DNA of 64,000 bases from an uncultured Alphaproteobacteria bacterium (GTDB lineage: Bacteria; Pseudomonadota; Alphaproteobacteria; SP197): contig CALIUG010000072.1 in the NCBI GenBank assembly GCA_938048755.1, forward strand, positions 3,258-67,257, read 5' to 3'. Shown piece by piece: positions 1-9,679 of this stretch (its first letter is position 1; each line of letters begins with the position of its first letter). The notes beneath the pieces are model-generated. The model saw only the letters and a list, made by a program, of their open reading frames with translations. It was not told the origin of the DNA and ran no database searches. The position numbers and the translations under genes were made by a program.

Positions 1-267
1 GACCAGATCCTTCCAGGAGACCGGCACGCCATCCAGCGGTCCCCGGCGCAGACCGTCCTTCTGACGCTGGCGTGCGGCCTGTGCTTCGGCCCTTGTGCGG
101 TCCTCGGCCATGCGGATGAACACCCGATGTTCAGGGTCCTCTGTTGCGATACGTTCCAGGAAAAACTCGGCCAAATCGACCGGGTCGATCACGCCCTTTG
201 CGATTCCCGCACCCAGTTCCATCGCCGTCAATTCGTGCCAGGCCTTGTCCATGGTCTTCTCCCGCAT
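1..267 (-). CDS. amidase (amidase-signature family), N-terminal portion; gene runs off the window edge
   Basis: Minus-strand translation from ATG at 265-267 reads MREKTMDKAWHELTAMELGAGIAKGVIDPVDLAEFFLERIATEDPEHRVFIRMAEDRTRAEAQAARQRQKDGLRRGPLDGVPVSWKDL. GPLDGVPxxxKD is the classic amidase N-terminal motif. The ORF is absent from the supplied track because it has no stop inside the window. Confidence 0.6.
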   Translation of the reverse strand, partial: MREKTMDKAWHELTAMELGAGIAKGVIDPVDLAEFFLERIATEDPEHRVFIRMAEDRTRAEAQAARQRQKDGLRRGPLDGVPVSWKDLV

Positions 268-299
268 GTTGTCATCTTGCTAGCACCGTGCGCGTGCTG

Positions 300-880
300 C
301 GGCCAGTGGCGGCAACCCGAACGGGTGTTTCGGGCTGATGTCGCCTCTCTCCTTTGTCGTCCTCCGGCTTGACCGGAGGACCCATGCTGTTGCGTCCCGG
401 CATGTGCCCATGGCGGTGTGTGGCGTGGTGGAAAGGTGCGTGCATGGATCCCCGATCAAGTCGGGGATGACAAGGTAGGTTGAGAGAGAAGCGCAGCACG
501 ATGGGCAGGAGCGGGCGCGACCGGGTGGTTCTGGCTGACGTCGCCTCCCCCGTTTGTCGTCGCCCGGCTTGACCGGAGGACCCGCCGCAGCGTGGCGGCC
601 TTCGCCCATGACGATAATGGGGCGGTGGAGAGGTCCGTGCATGGATCCCCGATCAGGTCGGGGATGACAAGGGAGGTTGAGAGAGAAGCGCAGCACGATG
701 GGCAAGAGCGAGAGCGACCGGGTGGTTCTGGCTGACGTCTCCTCCCCCATTTGTCGTCCTCCGGCTTGACCGGAGGACCCATGCTGTTGCGATGCGGCAT
801 GCGCCCATGACGGTGTGTGGCGTGGTGGAATGGTCCGTGCATGGATTCTCCGATCAAGTCGGAGAATGACTCAATGGATA
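300..880. repeat. tandem array of about 3 copies of a roughly 198-bp unit; each unit is a MITE-like element (about 125 bp) bounded by palindromic inverted repeats plus a roughly 70-bp spacer
   Basis: The marker catggatc recurs at 443, 640 and 840. Each unit starts with ..tttgtcgtcctccggcttgaccggaggacccatgc and ends with gcatggatccccgatcaagtcggggatgacaagg. The two ends are about 80% reverse-complementary, and each is itself a stem-loop. The spacer cagcacgatgggcaggagcgggcgcgaccgggtggttctggctgacgtcgcc also repeats. Confidence 0.85.
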
Positions 881-957
881 GAAAGCCGGATGGGTGTGCC
901 GCTCCGGGTCGACAGGCTGGTCAACAGTGCTTGGCGCCGGGGCCGGACGGGTGTTGA

Positions 958-2178
958 ATGGCGACCATGACAGATCGTTGCGATATCGCCATCGTGGGTG
1001 GCGGCCTGAACGGACAGACGGCGGCGCTGGCGCTGGCCCGCGCCGGCTTTGACGTCGTGATCGTGGAACGGGGCGACCCCGCCGCGAAACTGACTGATGC
1101 CTTTGATGGCCGGGTTTCCTCCATCGCCTATTGCTCCAAGCTGGTGCTCGACGCCCTGGGTGCCTGGGACGGCATGGCCGAACACGGCGAACCGATTCTG
1201 GAGATCCGTGTCTCGGATCGCGATGTGCCGCTCTTCCTGCATTACGACCATGCCGATGTCGGTGACGAACCGCTGGGCTGGATTCTGGAAAACCGGTTCA
1301 TCCGACGCGCCCTGGATGCAACGCTGGCCGCCACGCCGGGCGTGCGTGTTCTTGCCCCTGCCGAGGTCACCGACATGACGCGCGATGGCAACGGCGCGAG
1401 CCTTGCCATGGCCGACGGCGCCAGCCTTGCCTGTTCCCTGGTCGTGGCCTGTGACGGCGCGATGTCACCCATGCGCACAAGTGCCGGCATCAGCCACTGG
1501 AACCACGCCTATCACCAGCAGGGCATCGTCTGCACGGTGCGTCACGAACGACCCCATCGCGGCATTGCCCATGAACGGTTCCTGCCGTCGGGCCCCTTTG
1601 CCATCCTGCCCATCCCCGGCAACCTGGCTTCTCTGGTCTGGACCGAGAAGGACGCCATCGCCAACCGGGTCATGACGCTGGAACGCGACGACATTCTTGA
1701 AGAGATTGCCTGGCGTTTCGGTGATTTTCTGGGTGAGCTCGAACTGGTCGGCCCGGTCTGGAACTATCCCCTGCGTCTGGTGCTGGCGGACCGTTACACC
1801 GACCATCGCTTCGCGCTGCTGGGGGATGCCGCCCATGCCATCCATCCCATCGCGGGCCAGGGCTTCAATCTGGGCATCCGCGATTGCGCCGTGCTGGCCG
1901 AAGTGCTGGCCGATGGCCGGCGCCTGGGGCTCGAGCCCGGCGATGCCAGCCTGCTCGCCAACTATGCCCGCTGGCGCCGTACCGACATGATGGCGCTGGT
2001 GGCCGTGACCGACAGCCTGAACCGGCTGTTCTCCAATGCCCTTCCGCCCGTCGCCCTGGCGCGTGATCTGGGCCTTGCCGCGGTTAACCGCGTGCCGCCG
2101 CTCAAGAAGCTCTTCATGCGCCACGCCATGGGTACTGTCGGCAAGCTGCCCCGCCTGATGCGCGGCGAGTCTCTTTAG
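958..2178 (+). CDS. FAD-dependent ubiquinone-biosynthesis hydroxylase, UbiH/UbiF/VisC/COQ6 family
   Basis: 406 aa. N-terminal DIAIVGGGLNGQTAALALA Rossmann dinucleotide motif. The whole length is typical of 2-octaprenyl-6-methoxyphenol hydroxylase-type flavin monooxygenases (GDAAHAIHPIAGQGFNLGIRD). Confidence 0.8.
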   Translation: MATMTDRCDIAIVGGGLNGQTAALALARAGFDVVIVERGDPAAKLTDAFDGRVSSIAYCSKLVLDALGAWDGMAEHGEPILEIRVSDRDVPLFLHYDHADVGDEPLGWILENRFIRRALDATLAATPGVRVLAPAEVTDMTRDGNGASLAMADGASLACSLVVACDGAMSPMRTSAGISHWNHAYHQQGIVCTVRHERPHRGIAHERFLPSGPFAILPIPGNLASLVWTEKDAIANRVMTLERDDILEEIAWRFGDFLGELELVGPVWNYPLRLVLADRYTDHRFALLGDAAHAIHPIAGQGFNLGIRDCAVLAEVLADGRRLGLEPGDASLLANYARWRRTDMMALVAVTDSLNRLFSNALPPVALARDLGLAAVNRVPPLKKLFMRHAMGTVGKLPRLMRGESL

Positions 2179-2180
2179 CC

Positions 2181-2522
2181 GTGCAGACGCTGGGCGTCGT
2201 GCCACGCCTGTTTCCCGACGTCCTGAGCGGAGCCAAGACCTCCACCATCCGCTGGCGCGAGACCCGGATTCGTCACGGCTACATGACCTATGTCTGTGAT
2301 GGTGCACCCGACCGGACCGTGGTGGTCTGGGTCACACGCTGCACGGATGTGCCGTTGCGTGATGCTGCCGCCTTTGTCGGGCGCGAGGATGACTGGCCCG
2401 ACACCGTGATGCTGGATGGCATGCGCGAACACTATCCTGCGATCACGCTAGAGGATGTCGTGCAGGTGGTGGAACACCTCACACCCGACGAAACCCGCGC
2501 GCGGCCGGACTTCCCCTGCTGA
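2181..2522 (+). CDS. ASCH (PUA-like) domain protein
   Basis: 113 aa with a GTG start. The motif SGAKTSTIRW...GY resembles ASCH domain proteins. It abuts the UbiH-family gene. Confidence 0.5.
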   Translation: MQTLGVVPRLFPDVLSGAKTSTIRWRETRIRHGYMTYVCDGAPDRTVVVWVTRCTDVPLRDAAAFVGREDDWPDTVMLDGMREHYPAITLEDVVQVVEHLTPDETRARPDFPC

Positions 2523-2528
2523 GCCAGG

Positions 2529-3809
2529 TCAATCCCGTCCCGGTTCCGGGACCGTGCGCAGGATCAGCAGGCCCAGCAGCATCAGGACAACGATGACGCC
2601 CATGCCCAGGCGCTGGCTGTCGGTGGCAAAGGCAACCAGGCCGACCAGCAGGGGTCCGGCAAAGCTGGTGAATTTGCCTGACAGGGCAAAGAACCCGAAC
2701 ATCTCGCCGGTCATATCAGGCGGCGTCATGCGCGCCATCAGCGAGCGGCTGGCCGATTGCACCGGGCCGATGAAAAGGCCCAGCACCAGACCCAGGATCC
2801 AGAACCACAGGACGTCCTCGACGATCAGGATTGCTGCGCTGACCACGATCAGACAGGACAGGGTCAGGAAGAGCGTCTTGCGTGCACCGACCCGGTCATC
2901 CATCCAGGCAAAACCGAAAGCGCCCAGCCCAGCGGAGATGTTGAGCGCGATGGCAAAGGTCAAAACGCCTTCTTCGTCCATGGCAAAGGTCGTGGCGGCG
3001 TAAACCCCGCCCAGCGCAAACAGTGTGTTGAGGCCGTCGATATAGAGCAGGCGCGCGATCAGGAAACGCACGATGTTCTTGTGGCGGCCCAGTTCGCGCG
3101 CGGTCTCGACCAGGCGGCGCATGCCGTTGCGGGTTGCAGCACCGATCGTGACACGCGACGACACGCGGTCGGGTGCCCACACGAAGAGCGGCCAGCCGAA
3201 GAAGAGGTACCAGCCTGCCACCAGCAGGGCGACCACGCGCACATGTTCGGAGTTTGCCTTGTTCAGACCGAAGGGGGCCTGGGCGGGCATGATGAAGATG
3301 AAGAGCGCGGCACACAGGCACGCGATGCCTCCAGCATACCCCAGGCCCCAGGCCCAGCCCGACAGCCGCCCGATGTTCTTGGGTTCGGCCAGGTCCGGCA
3401 GCATGGCGTTGTTGAAGACCGTGCCGGTCTCGAACCCGACATTGACCAGGGCAACCAGGATCAGCGTCGGGATGATCCAGAACGGATCGGGTGCGGCAAA
3501 CCACAGGCCCGCCGTCGCCAGGATCGTGATGGCGCTGAAGAACCCCAGCCAGGGCTTGCGCGGTCCAGAGGCATCGGCAATGGCACCGGTGATCGGCGAC
3601 AGCACGGCAATGATCAACGCCGAAGCGGCAATGCCCCAGCTCCACAGCGCCAGCCCCTCGGCCTCGTTCCCGACAATGCCGCGTGCGAAATAGGGTGCGA
3701 AGACAAAGGTGACGACCACGGTCGGCGTGGGCGAATTGGCCCAGTCGAACAGGCACCACGCGGCAATCCCCCGTTTCTTGACGGGTCGGTCGAGTTGGAC
3801 GGCGGCCAT
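2529..3809 (-). CDS. MFS transporter, UMF1 (Atg22-like) family
   Basis: The CLFDWANSPTPTVVVTFVFAPYF signature typifies the UMF1 family. About 12 predicted TM segments. Likely start MAAVQLDRPVKKRG at 3809. Confidence 0.75.
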   Translation of the reverse strand: MAAVQLDRPVKKRGIAAWCLFDWANSPTPTVVVTFVFAPYFARGIVGNEAEGLALWSWGIAASALIIAVLSPITGAIADASGPRKPWLGFFSAITILATAGLWFAAPDPFWIIPTLILVALVNVGFETGTVFNNAMLPDLAEPKNIGRLSGWAWGLGYAGGIACLCAALFIFIMPAQAPFGLNKANSEHVRVVALLVAGWYLFFGWPLFVWAPDRVSSRVTIGAATRNGMRRLVETARELGRHKNIVRFLIARLLYIDGLNTLFALGGVYAATTFAMDEEGVLTFAIALNISAGLGAFGFAWMDDRVGARKTLFLTLSCLIVVSAAILIVEDVLWFWILGLVLGLFIGPVQSASRSLMARMTPPDMTGEMFGFFALSGKFTSFAGPLLVGLVAFATDSQRLGMGVIVVLMLLGLLILRTVPEPGRD

Positions 3810-3931
3810 GGATGCTCCGGTGCTGGTGGGCACACTCTAATGCAGTTTGCGCGTGTTGCGAGCCTGCGCATGCGGGTTGGCCATGGCTGTCACATGCTCT
3901 AGGGAAACAGAGACAGTTTCAGGAGCATCCC

Positions 3932-5041
3932 ATGGCCGACCTCTTCGACCCCCTCACCCTGCGTGGTCTTACCCTGCGCAACCGCATCGGGATTTCACCG
4001 ATGTGCCAGTACGCCAGCGAGGATGGCTTTGCCGAGAACTGGCATCTCGTGCATCTGGGCAGCCGTGCGGTCGGCGGCGCCGGGCTGGTGATCGCGGAGG
4101 CCAGCGGGGTCGAGGCGCGCGGCCGTATCACGCCGGGTTGCCTGGGCATCTGGAAGGACGAACACATCCCCATGCTGGCCGCCATCACGGAGTTCTGTCG
4201 TGAACAGGGCGCGGCCACGGGCATGCAGATCGCCCATGCCGGACGCAAAGCCAACGTCAACGAACCCTGGCTGGGCGACCGCACGCTGCTGGCCGACGAA
4301 GGTCCCTGGGAAGCCATCGCGCCCATGGCTGAGGCTTTCGATGCGCCCGATGGCGCGATCACCCACACGCCGCGCGCCATGACGGAGGACGACATCACCG
4401 GGGTGATCGGAGCCTTCGGTCAGGCCGCGCGCCGCTCGGTCGAGGCGCGCTTTGATCTTGTGGAGATTCATGGTGCCCATGGCTACCTGATCAACGAATT
4501 CCTCTCGCCCTTCACCAACCGGCGCGATGACGCCTGGGGTGGCGACTTCAACAGCCGCATCCGGTTCTGCATCGAAATAGTACGTGCCTGCCGCAGGGTC
4601 ATGCCCGATGCCATGCCGCTGCTCATCCGCCTTTCCTGTGTCGAGTGGAAGGACGGCGGCTGGACCCTGGAAGACACCGTCGCCCTGGCGCGCCTGCTCA
4701 AGGCTGAGGGCGTGGACATGATCGATTGCAGCTCCGGCTTCAACGTGCCCGACGAGTCCTATCCCTCCGGCCCGCTCTGGCAGGTGCCGTTCGCCCAGCG
4801 TGTGCGCCACGAGGCCGGCATCGCCACCGCGGCGGTCGGCGCCATCATGCGCCCCGATGAAGCCAACGGGATCATCACCAATGGCGAGGCCGACCTGGCG
4901 CTGATTGCCACCGCCTCGCTGCATGATGCCTACTGGCCCTGGCACGCCGCCATGGCGCTGGGCCGCGAAGAAGCGCTCCAGATGCCGGTCTCCTATGACT
5001 ATGTCCTGCGCGGCGGCTACGACGACGAAAGCGATGCGTGA
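3932..5041 (+). CDS. NADH:flavin oxidoreductase, Old Yellow Enzyme family (NamA/YqjM-like)
   Basis: Start MADLFDPLTLRGLTLRNRIGISPMCQY with RBS aggag at 3921-3925. OYE TIM-barrel motifs are present (HGAHGYLINEFLSP, GGRxxENRxRF). Confidence 0.85.
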   Translation: MADLFDPLTLRGLTLRNRIGISPMCQYASEDGFAENWHLVHLGSRAVGGAGLVIAEASGVEARGRITPGCLGIWKDEHIPMLAAITEFCREQGAATGMQIAHAGRKANVNEPWLGDRTLLADEGPWEAIAPMAEAFDAPDGAITHTPRAMTEDDITGVIGAFGQAARRSVEARFDLVEIHGAHGYLINEFLSPFTNRRDDAWGGDFNSRIRFCIEIVRACRRVMPDAMPLLIRLSCVEWKDGGWTLEDTVALARLLKAEGVDMIDCSSGFNVPDESYPSGPLWQVPFAQRVRHEAGIATAAVGAIMRPDEANGIITNGEADLALIATASLHDAYWPWHAAMALGREEALQMPVSYDYVLRGGYDDESDA

Positions 5042-5874
5042 TGCCTTACCTCACCACCGATGACGGTGTGCGTCTCTGGTACGACGACAGCGGCCATGCC
5101 TCCGGCCCGGTCGTGGTCTTTGCCCACGAGTTCGGCGGTGACCCCAGAAGCTGGAACGATCAGGTCGCGGCCTTTGCGCCGACATCCCGCTGCATCCGTT
5201 ACGCCGCGCGCGGCTTTGCCCCCTCTGACGTACCCCCGGACAAGGCCTCCTATGGCCAGGACCGCTCCACCCGTGATCTCGAACAGCTCGCCGATCATCT
5301 GGGCCTTGACGGCTTTCATCTGGTCGGTTGTTCCATGGGCAGCTTCACCAGCCTGATGTTTGCCTGCCGTCATCCCCGCCGCTTGGCTTCGCTCACCCTC
5401 TGTGGTGTCAGTTCCGGACCCCATGATGATGCAGAACGGGCGGCCTATCACGCCGGTCTGAACCAGGAGATCGCCATGCTGGTCGATGGCGCGGGCGAAG
5501 GGTCGGCGCGCTGGTTCCGTGATGACATCGCCAATGCAACCCTGGCCGCCAAACACCCCCGGCGCTGGGACGACTACCTGGAACGCACGCTCCATCAGTC
5601 CCATCACGGCGCGCTGATGACGGTCAGAACACTCCACTGGGATCGCATTTCGCTCAGGACAATCACGGATGAACTCGCCGCCATTCAGGCCCGGGTCCTG
5701 CTGATTTACGGCGAAGCAGACCTGCCCCGCGTCGACGAAACCAGCCGCTGGCTTGCCGAAGTTCTGCCCCATAATCGCCTGTGCCCGATACCGGGAGCCA
5801 GCCATCTGGTGCAGGTCGAGGAGCCGGAGCGCTTTAACGAAGAGCTCCGACTCCTGCTCGAAGGGTCAGACTGA
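5038..5874 (+). CDS. alpha/beta-fold hydrolase
   Basis: ATGA overlap with the upstream gene. VVVFAHEFGG oxyanion region and GCSMGS nucleophile elbow (GxSxG). 278 aa. Confidence 0.75.
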   Translation: MMPYLTTDDGVRLWYDDSGHASGPVVVFAHEFGGDPRSWNDQVAAFAPTSRCIRYAARGFAPSDVPPDKASYGQDRSTRDLEQLADHLGLDGFHLVGCSMGSFTSLMFACRHPRRLASLTLCGVSSGPHDDAERAAYHAGLNQEIAMLVDGAGEGSARWFRDDIANATLAAKHPRRWDDYLERTLHQSHHGALMTVRTLHWDRISLRTITDELAAIQARVLLIYGEADLPRVDETSRWLAEVLPHNRLCPIPGASHLVQVEEPERFNEELRLLLEGSD

Positions 5875-5890
5875 GGAAGAGAAGGAGCGC

Positions 5891-7108
5891 CTAACCCTTC
5901 ACGCATACGACCTGCTTGAGCGTGTGCACCACGTCGATCAGATCCGACTGCGCCGCCATCACGGCATCGATCGACTTGTAGGCCGCGGGTGTCTCGTCGA
6001 TCACACCCTTGTCCTTGCGGCATTCCACGCCGGCGGTTGCAAGCGCGTGATCCTCCACCGTGAAGGCCTTGCGTGCCGCCGTTCGGCTCATCGCCCGCCC
6101 GGCCCCATGGGAGCAGGAGCAGAACGATGCGGCATTGCCCTTGCCACGCACGATGAACGACTTCGCGCCCATGGAGCCTGGAATGATGCCCATCTCACCC
6201 TCGCCGGCGCGCACTGCGCCCTTGCGGGTGACCCAGACATCGGCACCGTAGTGATGCTCACGAGCAACATAGTTGTGGTGGCAGTTGACGGCCGCCGCAT
6301 CGACCGTGAACGCGGGCAGGTGCTCGCGCAATGCCGCCAGGACGGCCTCCATCATGGTTTCCCGGTTGGCCCGAGCGAAATCCTGAGCCCATCCGACCGC
6401 CTCGACGTAGTCGGCGAACACAGGTTCATCATCCTCGAACCAGGCAAGGTCCTGGTCTGGTACCGCAGCTGCCCCTTCACGCTGGGCCAGCATGTTGCGC
6501 GCCTCTTCGATGAAGAGCGTGCCGATACCGTTGCCCACACCACGGCTGCCGGAATGGAGCATCACCCACACGCGGTCCTCCTCATCCAGGCAGAGCTCGA
6601 TGAAGTGGTTCCCGGTGCCCAGTGAACCCATGTGAATGACATGGTTGGCCTGGCCGATCGCGGGCCGTTTGTCGGCAATGCGTCCGAGGCGTTCGGAGAG
6701 ACCGCTTTTGACGAACTGCCTGGCGATGGGATCAGGCACACCGTTCTTCCAGCCGCCCTTGGGACCGATCCCGCCATGGGGTACGGCCTTTTCTATGCCC
6801 GACCGAATTGCGGCCAGACTGTCGGGAAGCTGGTCTGCCGTCACGCTGGTGCGCCAGGCCATCATGCCGCAACCGATATCGACACCCACGGCCGCCGGAA
6901 TGATGGCACCCCTTGTGGGAATGACCGAACCGATCGTGGCACCACGGCCCAGATGCACGTCGGGCATGACCGCGACATGGATGTGCACGAAGTGCATGGC
7001 GGCGATGTTCTTGACCTGCTAGCGCGCCCGCTCCTCGACCGGCACGCCGTCGATCCACGCCCGGATGGGTGCACCACGGGTTTCGATGATCTGCGACTTG
7101 TCTTCCAT
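5891..7108 (-). pseudogene. rtcB: RNA ligase RtcB interrupted by an in-frame TAG at 7019-7021. It could be a nonsense mutation, a sequencing error or a read-through site. The downstream 368-aa ORF (5891-6997) is intact.
   Basis: The upstream ORF (ATG at 7106-7108, RBS ggaggagg) reads MEDKSQIIETRGAPIRAWIDGVPVEERAR, then TAG, then QVKNIAA-MHFVHIHVAVMPDVHLG in the same frame. This matches the E. coli RtcB N-terminus MNYELLTTENAPVKMWTKGVPVEADARQQLINTAKMPFIFKHIAVMPDVHLG with the TAG at the position of a Gln. The rest carries RtcB motifs (GVDIGCGM, HNHAGRE-like metal ligands). Confidence 0.7.
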
Positions 7109-7144
7109 CTTCCTTTTCCTCCTCCTTCCCGGTGGCTGACACCG

Positions 7145-7187
7145 GGCAACAAAAAAACCCCTCCTGGCGGTTGCCTGAAGGGGTCTG
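7145..7187 (-). terminator. rho-independent terminator on the minus strand, 35 nt upstream of the rtcB RBS
   Basis: Minus-strand sequence gACCCCTtcaggcaaccgccaggAGGGGTTTTTTTGttg: a GC stem followed by a U7 tract. Confidence 0.55.
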
Positions 7188-7469
7188 ATTCGTCCGGATG
7201 TTCCGGTCGATGCGGTTGGGTTTACCGCATCGTTGTCAAACGCTTCTCCAGGAATACGCATGTCGGCGCGACGCCGCATGACAGTCCCGTCGGGCTGTCG
7301 GCGTCGTGCCAGCGATTATCCTGCAGGAAGCGAATCATCGGATTCATCCTTTCGACCGCACCGGCCAATCCGATGCGGGGCGCGCATATCCCACATGTCA
7401 AAGTTGTGGTCAAGTCACTTGTCCTCATGACGGATCAGGTGAACCATGAACCCGAGACAAGGAGACACC

Positions 7470-8888
7470 ATGACCACACCTGCCCAATCCCTTCAGGCCG
7501 TGCTGACGGCCAACGACCACTTGCGGGTCGATGTTGACGGTGTGCTGATGATCGAAGAGATGCGCGCGAGCGATGTCGTGGAGCGGTTCGGGTCGCCGCT
7601 GTTTGTCTTTTCCGAAGCGACGTTGCGCGGCAACTATCGCCGGGCGCGTGATGCCTTTCAGGCGGTCTGGCCGGGACCGGTCAACGTCATGTTCGCAATC
7701 AAGTGCTGTCCCAACATGGCGGTGCGCGCAGTGCTGTTCGACGAAGGCGCCGGCGGCGACTGCTTCGGCATTCCAGAGATCGAGGCAACCTTTGCCGGCG
7801 GTGCCGACCCGGCAAAGATTGCGCTCAACGGCGGCAACAAGACCGTTGAGGAACTCGACCGCGCCGCAGAACTGGGCATCACCGTCAACATGGATGCGGC
7901 AGAAGAGATCGATCTCGTGCTTGCCGCGGCCCGGCGCACGGGCAGGACCATCCCGGTCAACATCCGCCTGAAGGTGATGCCGCCGGAGTTCGAGGAGTTC
8001 ACCTCGGACGCCTTTCCGGTCTCGGGCGATTTCCGCGAGGGCCTGCGCCGCTGGAAATGGGGTGTGACTCAGGAAACCGCCATCGCCATGGTCGAACGCC
8101 TGAAGACCCTGCCGGAACTGGATTGGACCGGCTGGCATGCCCATTACGGGCGTATGTCGAATCTGCTGGAAAACTACGCCGCCTTCCATGGCGAGTACGG
8201 CCGCATGATCGGTGCGATCTACGGGGCGACCGGTGTTCCGCCCCGTGTCATCGACATGGGCGGGGGCTGGTCGCGCGAACGCGATCCCGAATCGCGCTCG
8301 ACCGAGTCTCGGGGTGCACCCATCGAGGAGCAGGCCGCCACGGCGATCGGGGCGCTGCGGGCCAGGCTTGAAGAGGTTGGTCTTGATCCCTCGGATATCG
8401 CGGTCTGGCCGGAGCCCGGCCGCTACATCGCCGGCAATGCCGCGTTGATGCTCACACGCGTCGGGCTGGTCAAACACGATGCCGGGTTCTGCTGGATCAA
8501 TGTCGAGGCGAGCGAAAACAACCTGCCTGCCATCTGCAAGGAAGGCAGCGTCAACCACGTCACAGTCGCCTCGGGCATGCACCGTGAGGCTGACAGCCAG
8601 GCCGATGTCGTGGGTCCCATCTGCATTCCCTCGGTCATCGCCGAAGGGCTGCAAGTGCCGGGCGATCTTGGCACCGGCGAGGTCATGGCCGTGCTTGATG
8701 CCGGGTTCTACGCCGAAGGCGAAGCCTCGATGATCAACTCCGTACCCCTGCCCGCCAGCGTTCTGGTCACGGGCGGGGACGCCGAATGCATCAAGCGCGC
8801 CCAGACCTGGCAGGACGTCTTTGCAACCCAGATCATCCCCGACCGACTGCGCCGCGAAGGGTTGGGCGACAACCTGTGGCGGGGCTGA
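7470..8888 (+). CDS. type III PLP-dependent decarboxylase (diaminopimelate/ornithine/arginine decarboxylase family)
   Basis: Start MTTPAQS with RBS aaggaga. The alanine-racemase-like barrel includes the conserved PLP-lysine context FAIKCCPN and a C-terminal beta-domain. 473 aa. Confidence 0.7.
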   Translation: MTTPAQSLQAVLTANDHLRVDVDGVLMIEEMRASDVVERFGSPLFVFSEATLRGNYRRARDAFQAVWPGPVNVMFAIKCCPNMAVRAVLFDEGAGGDCFGIPEIEATFAGGADPAKIALNGGNKTVEELDRAAELGITVNMDAAEEIDLVLAAARRTGRTIPVNIRLKVMPPEFEEFTSDAFPVSGDFREGLRRWKWGVTQETAIAMVERLKTLPELDWTGWHAHYGRMSNLLENYAAFHGEYGRMIGAIYGATGVPPRVIDMGGGWSRERDPESRSTESRGAPIEEQAATAIGALRARLEEVGLDPSDIAVWPEPGRYIAGNAALMLTRVGLVKHDAGFCWINVEASENNLPAICKEGSVNHVTVASGMHREADSQADVVGPICIPSVIAEGLQVPGDLGTGEVMAVLDAGFYAEGEASMINSVPLPASVLVTGGDAECIKRAQTWQDVFATQIIPDRLRREGLGDNLWRG

Positions 8889-9389
8889 TCAGCCGGCGAC
8901 AGTGACCGCACTGTCGGCCGCAAACCCGATCCACGGGCTTGCCTCGCGGCCGGGCTCGGGCGCGTGGGGCAGACCCGCGAACATGTAGAGAGTTTCCTCA
9001 TCCACCGGCATCGCGGCGCTGTGCCAGACACCGGGTGCGACCACGACGGCCTCCCCGGGCTGCAGGACAAAGGCGATGGCTTCCTCGGCGCGCGGCTGCT
9101 CGGTGGCATCGGCGAGATCGCGGCCCGGTGCGACAACCTGGATCATGGGGCCGGTGATCGGCACCAGCAGTTCGATATCGGGATGGCGTTCCATGGCGGC
9201 GACGGTGCCGTCGCCACGGCGCGCCACGACCTGACCCAGCTTCAGATCCTGTCCGGTCAGCTCGGCAACGTTGAACCAGCAGTCGAATCCGGTTCCTTGA
9301 GAGGTTGGCGAACCCGAGGGTCTGGGCACGGCACGACCGAAGGGCGCAAAAGCGTCGGCATCCAACGGTTGGCAGGCGAGCATCTGCAT
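8889..9389 (-). CDS. ureidoglycolate lyase (AllA)-like cupin protein
   Basis: 166 aa. FxxxG, ERHP and GVWHS motifs parallel AllA (ERHPLGTQAF, NVWHHP). Confidence 0.5.
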   Translation of the reverse strand: MQMLACQPLDADAFAPFGRAVPRPSGSPTSQGTGFDCWFNVAELTGQDLKLGQVVARRGDGTVAAMERHPDIELLVPITGPMIQVVAPGRDLADATEQPRAEEAIAFVLQPGEAVVVAPGVWHSAAMPVDEETLYMFAGLPHAPEPGREASPWIGFAADSAVTVAG

Positions 9390-9679
9390 GTGGTCTTCTC
9401 CTGATCCTGCCGCAGGTTAACGCCAGGCCGGCATGCGGCGCCAGCCTGGTGATGGTTTCGAATCGACCGCCGCTTCAGAGCACACAGACGTGCGGTGAAC
9501 GTCCAGAGGTTGTGCATTGTGCGTGCTTCATGAACCTATGTTACCGATTTTGTAACGGCCAGTTTACATGTCAGTGAAAATCTTTCTGAAATACGAATTT
9601 CTGTTTTTTTTCCTGATCTTGCTGGTTTCCAATTCTTCTGCGCGTATGACGTTGATGAAATGCTTGGAGAGATGCAGAC

